Shown one piece after another: positions 20,555 to 30,663 of a stretch of DNA of 64,000 nucleotides. The stretch covers positions 859,957 to 923,956 of the forward strand of contig CP064975.1 in NCBI GenBank assembly GCA_016699425.1. The letters are read 5' to 3'. Below the pieces are notes generated by a model, which did no database searches, was not told the DNA's origin, and was given only the letters and a program-made list of their open reading frames with translations. Position numbers and translations under genes: made by a program. Every line of letters begins with the position of its first letter. Positions within the stretch are counted from its first letter, which is position 1. Source of the stretch: Candidatus Moraniibacteriota bacterium. Lineage in GTDB: Bacteria > Patescibacteriota > Minisyncoccia > Moranbacterales > UBA1568.

Positions 20555-21547
20555 ATGTCAATTGAACTCATGCAAATGTCCCGCGGAAACAACTCATATA
20601 AACCACCCGGTTTGACCATCCATGAAGCCCTCCGGCTCTCTACTGATCTCCCCAGGCTCGACCGGGAAGTGTTGCTTTCCCATACCCTCGGCCAGGACCG
20701 CGTGTTCCTCATGGCACATGCCGAGATGAAACTGACACCGCATCAACTGAAACGCTATCGGGACTTCCTTGCCCGCGCTACGAAACACGAACCGATCGCG
20801 TATATCGTGGGGAGGCGTGAATTCTATGGTCGTGATTTTTCTGTCGGTCCCGGCGTCCTTATCCCACGCCACGAGACGGAGCTGATTGTTGAAGTGACAA
20901 TCAGCAGAATGAAGAATATGGAATTAAGAATCAAGGATCAGAAACGAAAAAACAATTTCCAACAACGTTCTCCAGCCAACATTCAACACTCTCCACGCGT
21001 CGCAGTGATTGATGTCGGCACCGGCAGTGGCGCGATCATCATCAGTCTTGCAAAAGAATTTTCTTCCCGCAGCGGACTGCAAACATCCCGCTTCTCTTTC
21101 TTTGCTACTGACATTTCTCCGAAAGCACTCACTTATGCCCGGAAGAACGCCCGGCGGCATCAAGTAAACAAACAAATCCGTTTTAGTGCTTGTGATCTCC
21201 TTCGTACGATCGAAAAGAAGCTCTCTGCCTTCGATGAGGTCTTTATCATCGCCAATCTCCCCTATCTCTCCCCCGCACTCTACCGAAGCGTCGCCCCGAA
21301 TGTGAGGCGCTATGAACCGAAAGAGGCGCTCGTAAGTGGCCGCGACGGACTAGCGCATTACCGACGCCTCCTGAACACACTCAACATACTGCACACTCAC
21401 GGTCTGAAAGTGCATTTCTTCCTTGAAATAAGCCCTGAACAGACTGATCTATTTCCTGCGTTCTTCGCGGATATCGCACCTGGCTCGCCCTTCTCTATCT
21501 ATCCCGATCTGGCTGGAAAACCGCGTGTCATCGACGGCTCCCTCTAG
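20555..21547 (+). CDS. prmC: release factor glutamine N5-methyltransferase PrmC/HemK
   Basis: VIDVGTGSGAI SAM motif, NLPY (NPPY-type) catalytic motif; adjacent to prfA. Confidence 0.85.
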   Translation: MSIELMQMSRGNNSYKPPGLTIHEALRLSTDLPRLDREVLLSHTLGQDRVFLMAHAEMKLTPHQLKRYRDFLARATKHEPIAYIVGRREFYGRDFSVGPGVLIPRHETELIVEVTISRMKNMELRIKDQKRKNNFQQRSPANIQHSPRVAVIDVGTGSGAIIISLAKEFSSRSGLQTSRFSFFATDISPKALTYARKNARRHQVNKQIRFSACDLLRTIEKKLSAFDEVFIIANLPYLSPALYRSVAPNVRRYEPKEALVSGRDGLAHYRRLLNTLNILHTHGLKVHFFLEISPEQTDLFPAFFADIAPGSPFSIYPDLAGKPRVIDGSL

Positions 21548-21607
21548 CATCTCGCCAAAACAAAAGCCCCGCTGATGCGGGACTCTTGTAAGAACGCGGC
21601 GTGCCAA

Positions 21608-21703
21608 TTAGGCGCGGCGCTTGGCGGTCTTCTTGGCGGTCTTCTTCTTGGTCACCTTCTTGACGGCCTTCTTCTTGGTCACTTTCTTTTTCTTTGTTGC
21701 CAT
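21608..21703 (-). CDS. 31-aa lysine-rich basic peptide (MATKKKKVTKKKAVKKVTKKKTAKKTAKRRA)
   Basis: Strong SD GGAGGTGA 8 nt upstream of ATG; below ORF-track cutoff; found manually. Confidence 0.6.
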   Translation of the reverse strand: MATKKKKVTKKKAVKKVTKKKTAKKTAKRRA

Positions 21704-22519
21704 GGTAGGTCACCTCCTTCCAAAATTTTGTTTTCGCTCCCGTACGTTCACGGTCACGATGTTATTTTTCTTAATTGTTTGTGAAACATTTTTGTCTCAC
21801 GCACGTGTGAAGTTTCTCACACACCATCAGTATACTCTCATAAAATAATTTGCATAGAGCAACTGTCAAGTGCTGCTTAATTTTTTTGTCATGCGCAGCG
21901 AAAAATAATTTCTTTTGAAAATAATTTGCATTCAGATGTGCGTAATTTTTCTCATATACATCTCACTGGCGATACTGAAATATATTTTATTCTTTATCAC
22001 GCCGACATGTACTCGATGTCTTGATAATTGCTGTGCTGTGTTGATACCTCCGCTTCTCGATGATACATAGATTCCCACGAGTAAACCCGCGGGACCTACT
22101 CTACTGTCGCTCGCTTGGCTCGACGTACTCGAGCACGACTCCTCATCCACCCCTGGGGTTACCCGGGGCGCTCTGCCTGCGAGTGAGGACAAAGATTCTA
22201 TCACCTCGAGAATCACTCTCCGGGGGCAGATTTCAGGCTTCATTAAGCAGAAAAGTAGATTCTTTGTCCAGATTGACACCCTACTTTTTCAACCGTACTA
22301 TGAGAGCAGAAATGGGCAAGTGAGGCTCTTTTCAGATTGAAGAGGGCTCCCATTGGAGCTTCAACGCAAGCGGTACATTCACAAGATAATCTGTAAACCA
22401 CCACACTCGAGGAAAGCACGTGAGTTTGATTCTGTCGCGAGCGGCATCTGCTGTCATCGAAGATCAGCCAGTACCTTTGTCGAGTGTCGGTAGTAAAGCT
22501 AGGAAGAGAGGTGACTCTT

Positions 22520-23104
22520 ATGGAAGAAAACATGAACATGAACGAGGAAGAGCATGTCACTGATCAGGCCAAGGCCTGGCTCCAGGAAAATTTGCGCGTA
22601 ATCGTCAGTTTCCTCATCGTCGCAGCGATCGCGCTCGGCATCTACTCCTACTCACAGCGATCGAACGAGACGGTCAGTACTTCAGATGATACGACAACCG
22701 CGAGCGACACTGGGACATTGAGTGGAGACAAAGCGACCGATGTGAAATCAGCCAATGGCCAGTCAAAGGTCACGACCACTCCGACCGAGCTGAGTCGAGA
22801 AACCGAGACTTCGTTTGTTGAGACCGCCACCAAAGGCGATGGGACGACCCATCTGGCCCGCCGTGCTCTCATGAATTATCTCGAGAAGACGCCCGATTCA
22901 TCGCTCTCTGGTGAACACAAAGTCTACATCGAAGACTATCTCAGGAAGCAGCTTACGCAGCGCGGACCCCTCGCTATCGGCCAGTCAGCAGAATTCTCCA
23001 AAGACATGATCCGTCAGGCAATTGACCAGTCGAAGCAACTCAATGGCAAACAGCTCCAGAACTTGAAGAAGTATTCGAGCCGTGTCGCCGCCTACCGATC
23101 GTAA
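22520..23104 (+). CDS. membrane-anchored hypothetical protein (Thr/Ser-rich linker)
   Basis: ATG at 22520 with aggaagagaggtga RBS; one TM (VIVSFLIVAAIALGIYSY). Confidence 0.6.
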   Translation: MEENMNMNEEEHVTDQAKAWLQENLRVIVSFLIVAAIALGIYSYSQRSNETVSTSDDTTTASDTGTLSGDKATDVKSANGQSKVTTTPTELSRETETSFVETATKGDGTTHLARRALMNYLEKTPDSSLSGEHKVYIEDYLRKQLTQRGPLAIGQSAEFSKDMIRQAIDQSKQLNGKQLQNLKKYSSRVAAYRS

Positions 23105-23149
23105 CTCAGTCAGTCGAAGCAGCCATACGTACCTTTTCTGCAAATGCAC

Positions 23150-23183
23150 CAAAAACCCCGGAACTCCGGGGTTTTTGGCTTTT
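23150..23183. terminator. bidirectional Rho-independent terminator
   Basis: aaaaaccccggaactccggggtttttggcttttt between convergent genes. Confidence 0.7.
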
Positions 23184-23189
23184 TACAAG

Positions 23190-23672
23190 CTAGAACGAGC
23201 GCCAGTACCAGATCTGATCACCAGTCTCTAGGTCAGCGGCTTCCCCAGCGTTCAGTTCGAGCACCTGATCGACGGGGGTCGGTGGCATGACAATCTTCGG
23301 ATCGCCCGGCTGAATCCCCCGTTCGATGAAAATAATCTCGCCTTGCGAAAGAAACACCATATCGAGCGGGAATCGCATCCCGTGCATCCAAAATCCATAC
23401 CGTCCTGGCTGGCCGTAGAGGAACAGCATTCCCTTCTCCCTCGGCAAGCTATCGCGCTCACCGAGCCCAAGAGAGCGGAGCGCATCAGTATTGGCGATCT
23501 CGAGCTGCCACATCTGGCCCGAGGCAACGATCGCATGCGTCGGGAAGACGGGACCGGCCGGATCGAACGTGTCTGAGAGCCGCAGTTGGATTGCGACTGA
23601 TACCAGCAGAGCAGCGAGTACAGCGATGAAAAATACTTTTCGCATTGAGGTAATCATGTGAAGTGTCTTCAA
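23190..23672 (-). CDS. DUF192 family protein (secreted/anchored)
   Basis: N-terminal signal/TM; LGLGER...GMLFLYGQPGRYGFWMHGMRFPLDMVFL resembles DUF192 core. Confidence 0.6.
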   Translation of the reverse strand: MKTLHMITSMRKVFFIAVLAALLVSVAIQLRLSDTFDPAGPVFPTHAIVASGQMWQLEIANTDALRSLGLGERDSLPREKGMLFLYGQPGRYGFWMHGMRFPLDMVFLSQGEIIFIERGIQPGDPKIVMPPTPVDQVLELNAGEAADLETGDQIWYWRSF

Positions 23673-24706
23673 AGCGGGTGATGAGCCTCGGGCCGGGGGT
23701 ACAACGAAACACGGAGTGATAATGAGAGGAGTAGGACGAATGCACCCGCAATGAGGAACACCAGAGCCTTACGGTTGCCTTCGATCGACAGGGCGAGGGT
23801 CGCCATCAACCCCGTCACCACCAGATAGACCGACGCAATTGTCACCGGCCGCCAACCACGTTCGAGAAAAAGGTGATGAAGGTGTCCCCGATCGGGGAGA
23901 AAAGGCGATCGACCGAGCATGAGTCGACGAAAGACAACGAATAGTGCATCAAAGACTGGTACCGCGAGCACTATTAGCAGCGTGGCGACCTTCATACCAG
24001 CATACAATCCAAGAACCGCAAGCACGAAGCCAAAGAAGTAGGCGCCACCAGTCCCCGAGAGTATACGCGCCGGGTACCAATTGAACAAGAGGAGTCCAAG
24101 AGCGAGACCTGCAAGGATTGCAGCGAGGATCGCGACAGTAGGCTGATTCACCTCTGGTCGGAGCGCCAAGAGGAAGAGTGTTCCGAAAGAGAGGAGCGCG
24201 ATACCGGGCATCAATCCATCAGTTCCATCTGCCCAATTGATTGCGTTCACAATGAGGAGTACCCACGCCGCGACGCCGAACGCCGCCAGGGCTGGTGCAG
24301 GGTTACTCAGCCACTGGCCCAGATACACACCGACATCCAGCCGCATCCCAGCCGAGTACACCAAGAGACTGAGGAGGATCTGGAACGCGAGATGCCACGG
24401 CCAGACAATATGACCGAGGTCATCGGCTATCGAGAACATGAGGATAGCAAGCGATCCAACCCAGAGCGTCGCAAAAGGAGCATTCCACTCCAATCGGTTA
24501 TCGCCAAGAAGCAGCAAGAGAAAGATACTCATCAGGACCGCTCCTCCCAGCCGGTAGAATCGTGGGATAGTAACTTCTCGTCCTGATTCCCGCCGCTCAT
24601 AGCGCTCGCGAAAGTACGGGATTCGCATGCTAGACCAGAGAAATACGATCGAGAGTCCAAGCGCCCAGACCCACGAGACGAGGTAGAAGAGCGCTCCATG
24701 TTCCAT
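23669..24706 (-). CDS. glycosyltransferase family 4 polyprenyl-phosphate sugar-1-phosphate transferase (MraY/WecA family)
   Basis: NAINWADGTDGL motif, ADDLGH, HHLF; 10-11 TM. Confidence 0.8.
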   Translation of the reverse strand: MEHGALFYLVSWVWALGLSIVFLWSSMRIPYFRERYERRESGREVTIPRFYRLGGAVLMSIFLLLLLGDNRLEWNAPFATLWVGSLAILMFSIADDLGHIVWPWHLAFQILLSLLVYSAGMRLDVGVYLGQWLSNPAPALAAFGVAAWVLLIVNAINWADGTDGLMPGIALLSFGTLFLLALRPEVNQPTVAILAAILAGLALGLLLFNWYPARILSGTGGAYFFGFVLAVLGLYAGMKVATLLIVLAVPVFDALFVVFRRLMLGRSPFLPDRGHLHHLFLERGWRPVTIASVYLVVTGLMATLALSIEGNRKALVFLIAGAFVLLLSLSLRVSLYPRPEAHHPL

Positions 24707-24718
24707 ACCCGTCCAACG

Positions 24719-25087
24719 TTAGGAGTTGATGGAGATAAGTGCTGCTATTGCCGTAACTTCTGACAGGACGACAAGAAACGCTCCGTACTCGAGGACAAGA
24801 GCCACCAGAAATGCTTGTCGCCGGGCGAGTACCTCCGCGAGAGCAAGGTTTCCACCAAAGAAGCCAAGACACATCCCCGGAACGAGATAGACTTGCCACC
24901 AAGCCCCAAGGATATCCACCCCAAAAAACGCATTGTAGCGAAGAATAAGTGTATCAGTCGAGGGACGGATGAAATAGGCCACCGCCACAAAAATCACGCA
25001 TTGAATCACAAGTCCGCTCCACAAAATCGGCCTCCGGCTCTGACGAAAGAGTTCACTCGCCTGTGATGAAGCCGTCTCGGTCGTCAT
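24719..25087 (-). CDS. small polytopic membrane protein
   Basis: 122 aa, 3-4 TM helices, translationally coupled to neighbours. Confidence 0.45.
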   Translation of the reverse strand: MTTETASSQASELFRQSRRPILWSGLVIQCVIFVAVAYFIRPSTDTLILRYNAFFGVDILGAWWQVYLVPGMCLGFFGGNLALAEVLARRQAFLVALVLEYGAFLVVLSEVTAIAALISINS

Positions 25088-26181
25088 ACGTCTCTCGGTA
25101 ATTCCGCCGGGGCGGCCGCTACGCGTTCCTCGTCAGGTGCCGCGAGACGCGTCCGTTCCATCTGGTCACCCAGCCGCATCAGACGCTTTTCCGCATCCTC
25201 ATACTTCTTATTGGCATTACCTATATGCTTGCCAACGAGCTCGAATTCCTCACTGAATTTCCCAAAATCTTGGCCGAGCCGCTCCAATTGGACGAACATT
25301 TCCTTTGCCCGCTTCTCGATCTGCATCCCCTGGAGCCCGAACATGATGGTCTTCAGATAGGCATAGAACGAATTGGGTGAAACAGGGATCACTCGCCGCT
25401 TGTTGAAATACTCATACAGCCCCTGATGGTCATCGTCTTTGATGATGATCTCGTAATACACATTCTCGGCCGGGATATACATGAGCGCCCAATCCAGTGT
25501 CCCCTCGCTCGGAAGAATGTATTTGGCGGCGATGGCGTCAACATGCTTCTTCACATCGGCGATGAATTGCCTGCGCGCGGCCGCCCGATCATTTTCGCCC
25601 TCGATGGAGATCACTCGTTTGAAGTTCTCGAGTGGGAACTTCGAATCCACGCTGATACTCCCGCCCCGGAGGGTGATGAGGGCATCGACGGTCTCGCCGG
25701 TCTTGAACATGTGCTGGAGCGTGTAGCAGTCGGCTGGAAGCATCTGAGAGAGGATATCGCCGAGCATCGCTTCACCGAAACCACCGCGAATCTTGGGCGC
25801 TTTCAGGATATCCTGCAGCGAGGCCACATCTTTGGTCACCTCAAGGATCTGCTCATTCGTCTTGCCCATTTCTGCGAGCCGCTCACGGACATCGAGAAAC
25901 TGCCGGCCCGCATCATTGAGCCGCTTGTCGAGGCGCTCGGTGTTGTCGTTCAGACGCTTGTCCAAGGTCGTCTGCATATTGTGAAACTGCTGAGAGAGCG
26001 TGGCGGAAAATTGGTGCATGTCCTGACGCATCCCCTGGCCGAGATCAGTCACCTGATGCTCGAGTGCTGAGCGCTTCTCATCCAAGGCACGAAAGCGGTT
26101 CTGAAAAGCAATCACAGCCCACACCACCGCCCCTCCAGCGAGGAGTGCGATGCCAATAGCGATAATCGAGGATACCTCCAT
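25084..26181 (-). CDS. rmuC: DNA recombination protein RmuC family
   Basis: N-terminal TM plus coiled coil, C-terminal RmuC nuclease-like domain. Confidence 0.75.
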   Translation of the reverse strand: MEVSSIIAIGIALLAGGAVVWAVIAFQNRFRALDEKRSALEHQVTDLGQGMRQDMHQFSATLSQQFHNMQTTLDKRLNDNTERLDKRLNDAGRQFLDVRERLAEMGKTNEQILEVTKDVASLQDILKAPKIRGGFGEAMLGDILSQMLPADCYTLQHMFKTGETVDALITLRGGSISVDSKFPLENFKRVISIEGENDRAAARRQFIADVKKHVDAIAAKYILPSEGTLDWALMYIPAENVYYEIIIKDDDHQGLYEYFNKRRVIPVSPNSFYAYLKTIMFGLQGMQIEKRAKEMFVQLERLGQDFGKFSEEFELVGKHIGNANKKYEDAEKRLMRLGDQMERTRLAAPDEERVAAAPAELPRDV

Positions 26182-26183
26182 GG

Positions 26184-26789
26184 CTATTTGCGGATACCCG
26201 CGACGAAACGCTTGAGCTCCGCCACTTTGTTTACAACCTCCTCATAAGGCCCCTCGAGGAACTCGATGAAGAACCGATCGAGCATATTCAGCCGGTAGTG
26301 CAGCTCTTCACTGTTCATGAGAACGAAGCGAATTTCTTTGCCGGCTTCTGCCTCGAGGAATGCAATGGCCTGACGGAGTTTGGTCCGGTTGATATTGTTT
26401 ACGACGAGGATCATGTCCACCTTGGATTTCGGATAGTTCAAAAAGAGGCCGCTGATGAGAATGAGCTTCACCTCGCCCACCGTCTTTAGTTTTCGAAAGA
26501 CCTGCGACTGCGCATTCACGTTCAGCTTCGAGACGAGTGTCTTCATCTCCAGATAGAACGGAAAGTCGGTATTGCTCACGTACGATTTCTTCCCCTGACG
26601 CGATTTTTCCGTGACGAACTTCATCTTGGCGAGCCGCTTCACTTCACGCAGCACATCATTTCTTGAAAGCAAGGTCTTTTCGGTGATGTCAGCAATCGAA
26701 AACTCGACTTCAGGATTCATGGTGAAGAAACGGATGAGACGAGCTCTCGGGCGAGATCCAAAGAGCGCTTCAAAGAGCGCGACAGACAT
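26184..26789 (-). CDS. hypothetical protein with N-terminal winged-helix-like segment
   Basis: ORF adjacent/coupled to rmuC; weak wHTH resemblance. Confidence 0.45.
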   Translation of the reverse strand: MSVALFEALFGSRPRARLIRFFTMNPEVEFSIADITEKTLLSRNDVLREVKRLAKMKFVTEKSRQGKKSYVSNTDFPFYLEMKTLVSKLNVNAQSQVFRKLKTVGEVKLILISGLFLNYPKSKVDMILVVNNINRTKLRQAIAFLEAEAGKEIRFVLMNSEELHYRLNMLDRFFIEFLEGPYEEVVNKVAELKRFVAGIRK

Positions 26790-26939
26790 AAGAGAATACG
26801 GCCTTTACACGAGTTATCTGCGATAGCCCCAGTATACGAACGCAGCGCGAAAAAGTCAAAGCTAGTTTTTCTTCCTTTGAGGCTTGGTTGAGGGACAAAA
26901 AGCCGCTTTCTATTCTCATGTTGTGCTATACTCTAGAGT

Positions 26940-29420
26940 ATGCGCTCACGCACCGACAGCCGGAGCAGCAAAGCCACTCCGGTCACGCTCGAGAAACACT
27001 TTAAAGAAATCGTCGTAGGAAGCGGCCGTTCCCAAGAACCGTATATCATCGCCTTCCACTACGCGAGCGACAATGTCTCGGGGTCTCCACTCGGGACGCT
27101 TTTTGGTTTCTTCGAAGTCGATATCCATGACCAAGACGCAGCCTATATCGTGAATTTCCTTGCTTCGGTCGCCAAGAAAGAATACTTTGCGAATTCACAT
27201 CGGAGCCCGGTCGAGAGTTTCGAAGTCGCGCTCCACAAGATCAATGTCGCGCTCGCTGAGATCGTCAAACATGGCAATGTCTCGTGGCTCGGTCACCTGC
27301 ACGGTGCCATCGGAACAATCAGCCAGAATACGCTCCATTTTTCCGTCACGGGTGACGGGCAACTGTATCTCGCCCGAGAAGAAGCACTCCGATTGATGAG
27401 CGATGGATTGGCTGATACCGACACTGAACCACATCCCCTGAAGACTTTCACCGAGGTCTCGAGCGGAGAACTATTCGATGCCGATATTGTCTTCGCATTC
27501 TCCCCCTCCGTCTGGTCGCTCTTCTCTCCCGACGATCTCCGCCGCAGCCTCAACCGACTCGGGCCAGCTGGTTTCGAGCAATTCCTCCGGACCGCACTCA
27601 TAAACGAGCTTCCCATCGCGGCTGTCACCCTGGTCACCTGTTCAGCACCCACCATACTGCAGTCCGAAGAGGCACCGAAAGAATCTCAAAAGCCGGCCGT
27701 CAGCCTCAGCAATGTCTGGAGTGGGAAACCGTTTGACGAAGCGCTCCAGAAAAGGAAGTCTCCGGATACTCCCAAGCAGAAACCCGATATCATCGAGACG
27801 CCGCGAGAAGAATACACCGACCAGAAAACTGGTCACATCTATCTCCAAGCTTCAGCCGAAGAAACTTTTGAGGAAAATGAGAGTCCTTGGAAAGAGCGCT
27901 GGGAGCTCTTTTCACACACGTTTGGAGCCAAGACACGCAACTGGGGTATCGCCCTCCGGAAAATCACGCGCCGCATCAGTAAAGTTGGCTCCCTCACCTT
28001 GGCCTCACTGGGCCAGCAAACAGGCCGCCTGAGCCGCTCACTCAATCGCCGCACTCGGAGCCTGAAGCGGGCCCTGGAAGAAAATCGACAAAGAAAGCGC
28101 CAAGAAAAAGAACAGATCGCGCGCCTCAAGGCGGTCGAGGAAGCTACTCGACCGAACATCGAACCGGAACCAGTGCCCGAAGAGGAAGTCGTCGTCCGAC
28201 CGGTCGCCTCCCTCATTGTGCCTTCACCTTCGAGCGAACCCGTGCCCCCTAAGGAAACTACTCCTCAATCATCTGAGCGCGTGCGCCGCTTTTTCACCCG
28301 TGAGCCGCGCCAGGAAATGACTTTCGGCAATGAAGCGAGGCAGCGGCTCACCCGATGGAGCGCGCGAATCGTGGCCTCCAAGTCTGTCTTGCTCCCGGCA
28401 CTCGGGAATATCAGGGCTGTCTCGAAAAACCTGGCGCTCCGAATCAACCAAGCCCTCCAGTCCTTGATCCATTACGGCCGGACACAGTGGGACAATGGCT
28501 CTGTGAAATACCGATGGATCTTCTCTGTCGGTGGAGTGATCGTCCTCGGCATCCTGGCGTACTTGATATGGCCAAGCACGGAAACACCGCCTGTGGAAAC
28601 CGTGACACCTACCCCTTCGCAGGAAGCCCCAGCTGCACCGGTTTTCCCACCCGCCGAGGAGCCACTCGCTACTCTGCTCGCTGGCAGTCGTCTCATCTTC
28701 CCGACCAACAACTCGCGTTCCATCGCTCTCGTCAACATCAACGACACCCCATTCCTCATCACCGAGAGAAGCATCGTCAATCTCCAGACGCAAGAATCGA
28801 CGACAGCCCCGGAAACGATCCGTCACGCGACAGCGATGGATGATCTCGATGCAATCTTCACCGTCGGGGAATCCGGGTCGCTCTCTCTCTGGAGTACGGT
28901 TACGAAGAAATTTGAAAAAAATACCCTCCCTCTGCCGGCCGGAGCGCAGGTATCGGCCATCGGTTCTTATCTGACCTATCTCTATGTCCTCGACCGAGAA
29001 GCCGGCATCATCCACCGTTTTCCGCGCGCCGAGGGCGGCTTCGGTCCCGCGACGACCTGGTCCAAAGAATCCGTCGCAACAGGTGAAGAGACATCTTTCG
29101 CGGTGCATGAAAACATCCTGCTCGGCGATGTGTCTGGCCAACCAGCACTCTACAGTCGCGGCAAAAACACCCACGTCGGCTTCACTGGACCGATCGCACC
29201 ACTCGCTCTCGATCAACTCGCCTTCGATACCCGCTCTGGTGATGTCCTCGCACTCGATCGAATAAACAAGCGCATCATCCGCTGGTCGGTCACCGGTACA
29301 CTCCTCGCTCAGTACTTCCATACTTCTTTCAACGAAGTCGAGGCCTTTGCTGTCTCGCCAGATGGAACAGAACTTCTCGTTTCACACCAAGGCGCTACTA
29401 CCGCTTGGCGGACACAATAG
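26940..29420 (+). CDS. large hypothetical bitopic membrane protein (826 aa)
   Basis: Single TM (VIVLGILAYLIW) near residue 520, Pro-rich linker, no known motifs; att-like repeat starts at its stop codon. Confidence 0.6.
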   Translation: MRSRTDSRSSKATPVTLEKHFKEIVVGSGRSQEPYIIAFHYASDNVSGSPLGTLFGFFEVDIHDQDAAYIVNFLASVAKKEYFANSHRSPVESFEVALHKINVALAEIVKHGNVSWLGHLHGAIGTISQNTLHFSVTGDGQLYLAREEALRLMSDGLADTDTEPHPLKTFTEVSSGELFDADIVFAFSPSVWSLFSPDDLRRSLNRLGPAGFEQFLRTALINELPIAAVTLVTCSAPTILQSEEAPKESQKPAVSLSNVWSGKPFDEALQKRKSPDTPKQKPDIIETPREEYTDQKTGHIYLQASAEETFEENESPWKERWELFSHTFGAKTRNWGIALRKITRRISKVGSLTLASLGQQTGRLSRSLNRRTRSLKRALEENRQRKRQEKEQIARLKAVEEATRPNIEPEPVPEEEVVVRPVASLIVPSPSSEPVPPKETTPQSSERVRRFFTREPRQEMTFGNEARQRLTRWSARIVASKSVLLPALGNIRAVSKNLALRINQALQSLIHYGRTQWDNGSVKYRWIFSVGGVIVLGILAYLIWPSTETPPVETVTPTPSQEAPAAPVFPPAEEPLATLLAGSRLIFPTNNSRSIALVNINDTPFLITERSIVNLQTQESTTAPETIRHATAMDDLDAIFTVGESGSLSLWSTVTKKFEKNTLPLPAGAQVSAIGSYLTYLYVLDREAGIIHRFPRAEGGFGPATTWSKESVATGEETSFAVHENILLGDVSGQPALYSRGKNTHVGFTGPIAPLALDQLAFDTRSGDVLALDRINKRIIRWSVTGTLLAQYFHTSFNEVEAFAVSPDGTELLVSHQGATTAWRTQ

Positions 29421-29523
29421 CAGCATGTGGTGTTCTGAAACACTGCAAAGTGTAAATGAATCTAATAGCCTATTCAAGCCATTTTTTAGGATGGCTTTGG
29501 GGTCAAGATAGGTTAGCTGGGGG
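29421..29523. repeat. att-like direct repeat copy A (core + right arm)
   Basis: cagcatgtggtgttctgaaacactgcaaagtgtaaatgaatctaatagcctattcaagccattttttaggatggct shared with copy B. Confidence 0.8.
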
Positions 29524-29533
29524 AAATATGCCC

Positions 29534-30040
29534 TCATACAGCTTTTTCTACTAATAAATAAGTCTCCTCAAGAGAAATGAGGGAGGTATCTATAATAACC
29601 GCGTTCGGTCTTTTACCTTTCATGTCTTCAATCTGATGCCAGAAAGCCTCACATTTTTCGGGAGTGAGTAAGCCTCCTTCTTTCCATCCGCGGGCATGAG
29701 CTCGCTCCATCACAACAGCTTTGGATGCCCATAGGATAATCTCCTTCACTTCTGCTCCTTTTTCCCCTGCTATTTCATAATACGCATCCAGCACCTCAAT
29801 ATCAAACTGCATCTTATCAATAATCACATCGTACCCCATATCCAAACAGGTGCTCACCATACTTTCGGCAAGTTCAAGACTTGCCATCCTGCTTTCATCT
29901 CGTTTCTCTTGATACTCACTAAAAAGTCTCCTCAAACTATCTATGTCCAATAAAAATGAGTGGTGCCGACTCTTATGAAGCCTCTCAGCTATGGAACTTT
30001 TTCCCACACCACACGGCCCATTGATAATAATGATTTTCAT
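29534..30040 (-). CDS. P-loop kinase (AAA_33 / zeta-toxin / phosphotransferase-like)
   Basis: GPCGVGKSS Walker A; 168 aa; AT-rich. Confidence 0.65.
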   Translation of the reverse strand: MKIIIINGPCGVGKSSIAERLHKSRHHSFLLDIDSLRRLFSEYQEKRDESRMASLELAESMVSTCLDMGYDVIIDKMQFDIEVLDAYYEIAGEKGAEVKEIILWASKAVVMERAHARGWKEGGLLTPEKCEAFWHQIEDMKGKRPNAVIIDTSLISLEETYLLVEKAV

Positions 30041-30041
30041 A

Positions 30042-30584
30042 TTAGCTTTTGATCAATTCGACTAAGAGCGGGAATTCCTTGTACGGTTGATTATAGGTCG
30101 TTGATCCCATATGACCGTCGTGACGAACGATGAGTTTGCCTCCAAGGTTGTCAGCCATTATCTTTCCTTGTGTATCATCACAGCCCCACGGATCATTATC
30201 TGAATTGATAAAAATAAATTCCTTGGCATGAGGTCGGATAACATCCCAATGTGGCTCTTCTTCATTCTCGCCTTCTGCACTCTCTCTCAGTAATTTCGCA
30301 TACCCTGAGACAAGGATAGCTTTCTTGATTTTAACATCGATTTTTTCAAGGACACTGAGAATCACCTGAGCTCCAGCCGAATGACCAATCAAAACCGTTT
30401 CTTCGGTAAAGGTACCATTGGAAAGAATAAAGGGTAACCAGTCCATCCGGTTCGGATGCTCGTCGTTTGGTAGTTGTGGGAGCCAGACATCATATCCCAA
30501 TTTTTCCAATTCGTTTTTCAGATAGGGAAACCAAAATTCATCTTTTTTTGTTCCCGTCCCATGAAGAATGATAGCGTTTTTCAT
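30042..30584 (-). CDS. alpha/beta serine hydrolase, RBBP9/YdeN-like
   Basis: ILHGTG ... GHSAGAQ nucleophile elbow ... NSDNDPW. Confidence 0.65.
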   Translation of the reverse strand: MKNAIILHGTGTKKDEFWFPYLKNELEKLGYDVWLPQLPNDEHPNRMDWLPFILSNGTFTEETVLIGHSAGAQVILSVLEKIDVKIKKAILVSGYAKLLRESAEGENEEEPHWDVIRPHAKEFIFINSDNDPWGCDDTQGKIMADNLGGKLIVRHDGHMGSTTYNQPYKEFPLLVELIKS

Positions 30585-30663
30585 AAACTATTGACTGAGG
30601 ATTTGGAACGATGTTGAGCCTATTAATATTGCTATTTCAAACCTACAAATGCGACTCCGGGTC

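Noticed and set aside
22400-22480. Possible tmRNA 5' end (tgagtttgattctgtcgcgagcgg resembles GGGGCUGAUUCUGGAUUCGAC) or an RNase P RNA in 21.7-22.5 kb
   Set aside because: Only partial word matches. There is no tRNA-like 3' end, no tag ORF ending ALAA-like, and no P4 consensus (AGGAAAGTCCGGGCTCC). A protein gene with a good RBS starts at 22520.
21932-22560. Minus-strand ORFs 21932..22279 and 22243..22560
   Set aside because: They are low-complexity, lack RBS, and lie in a likely non-coding regulatory or ncRNA region.
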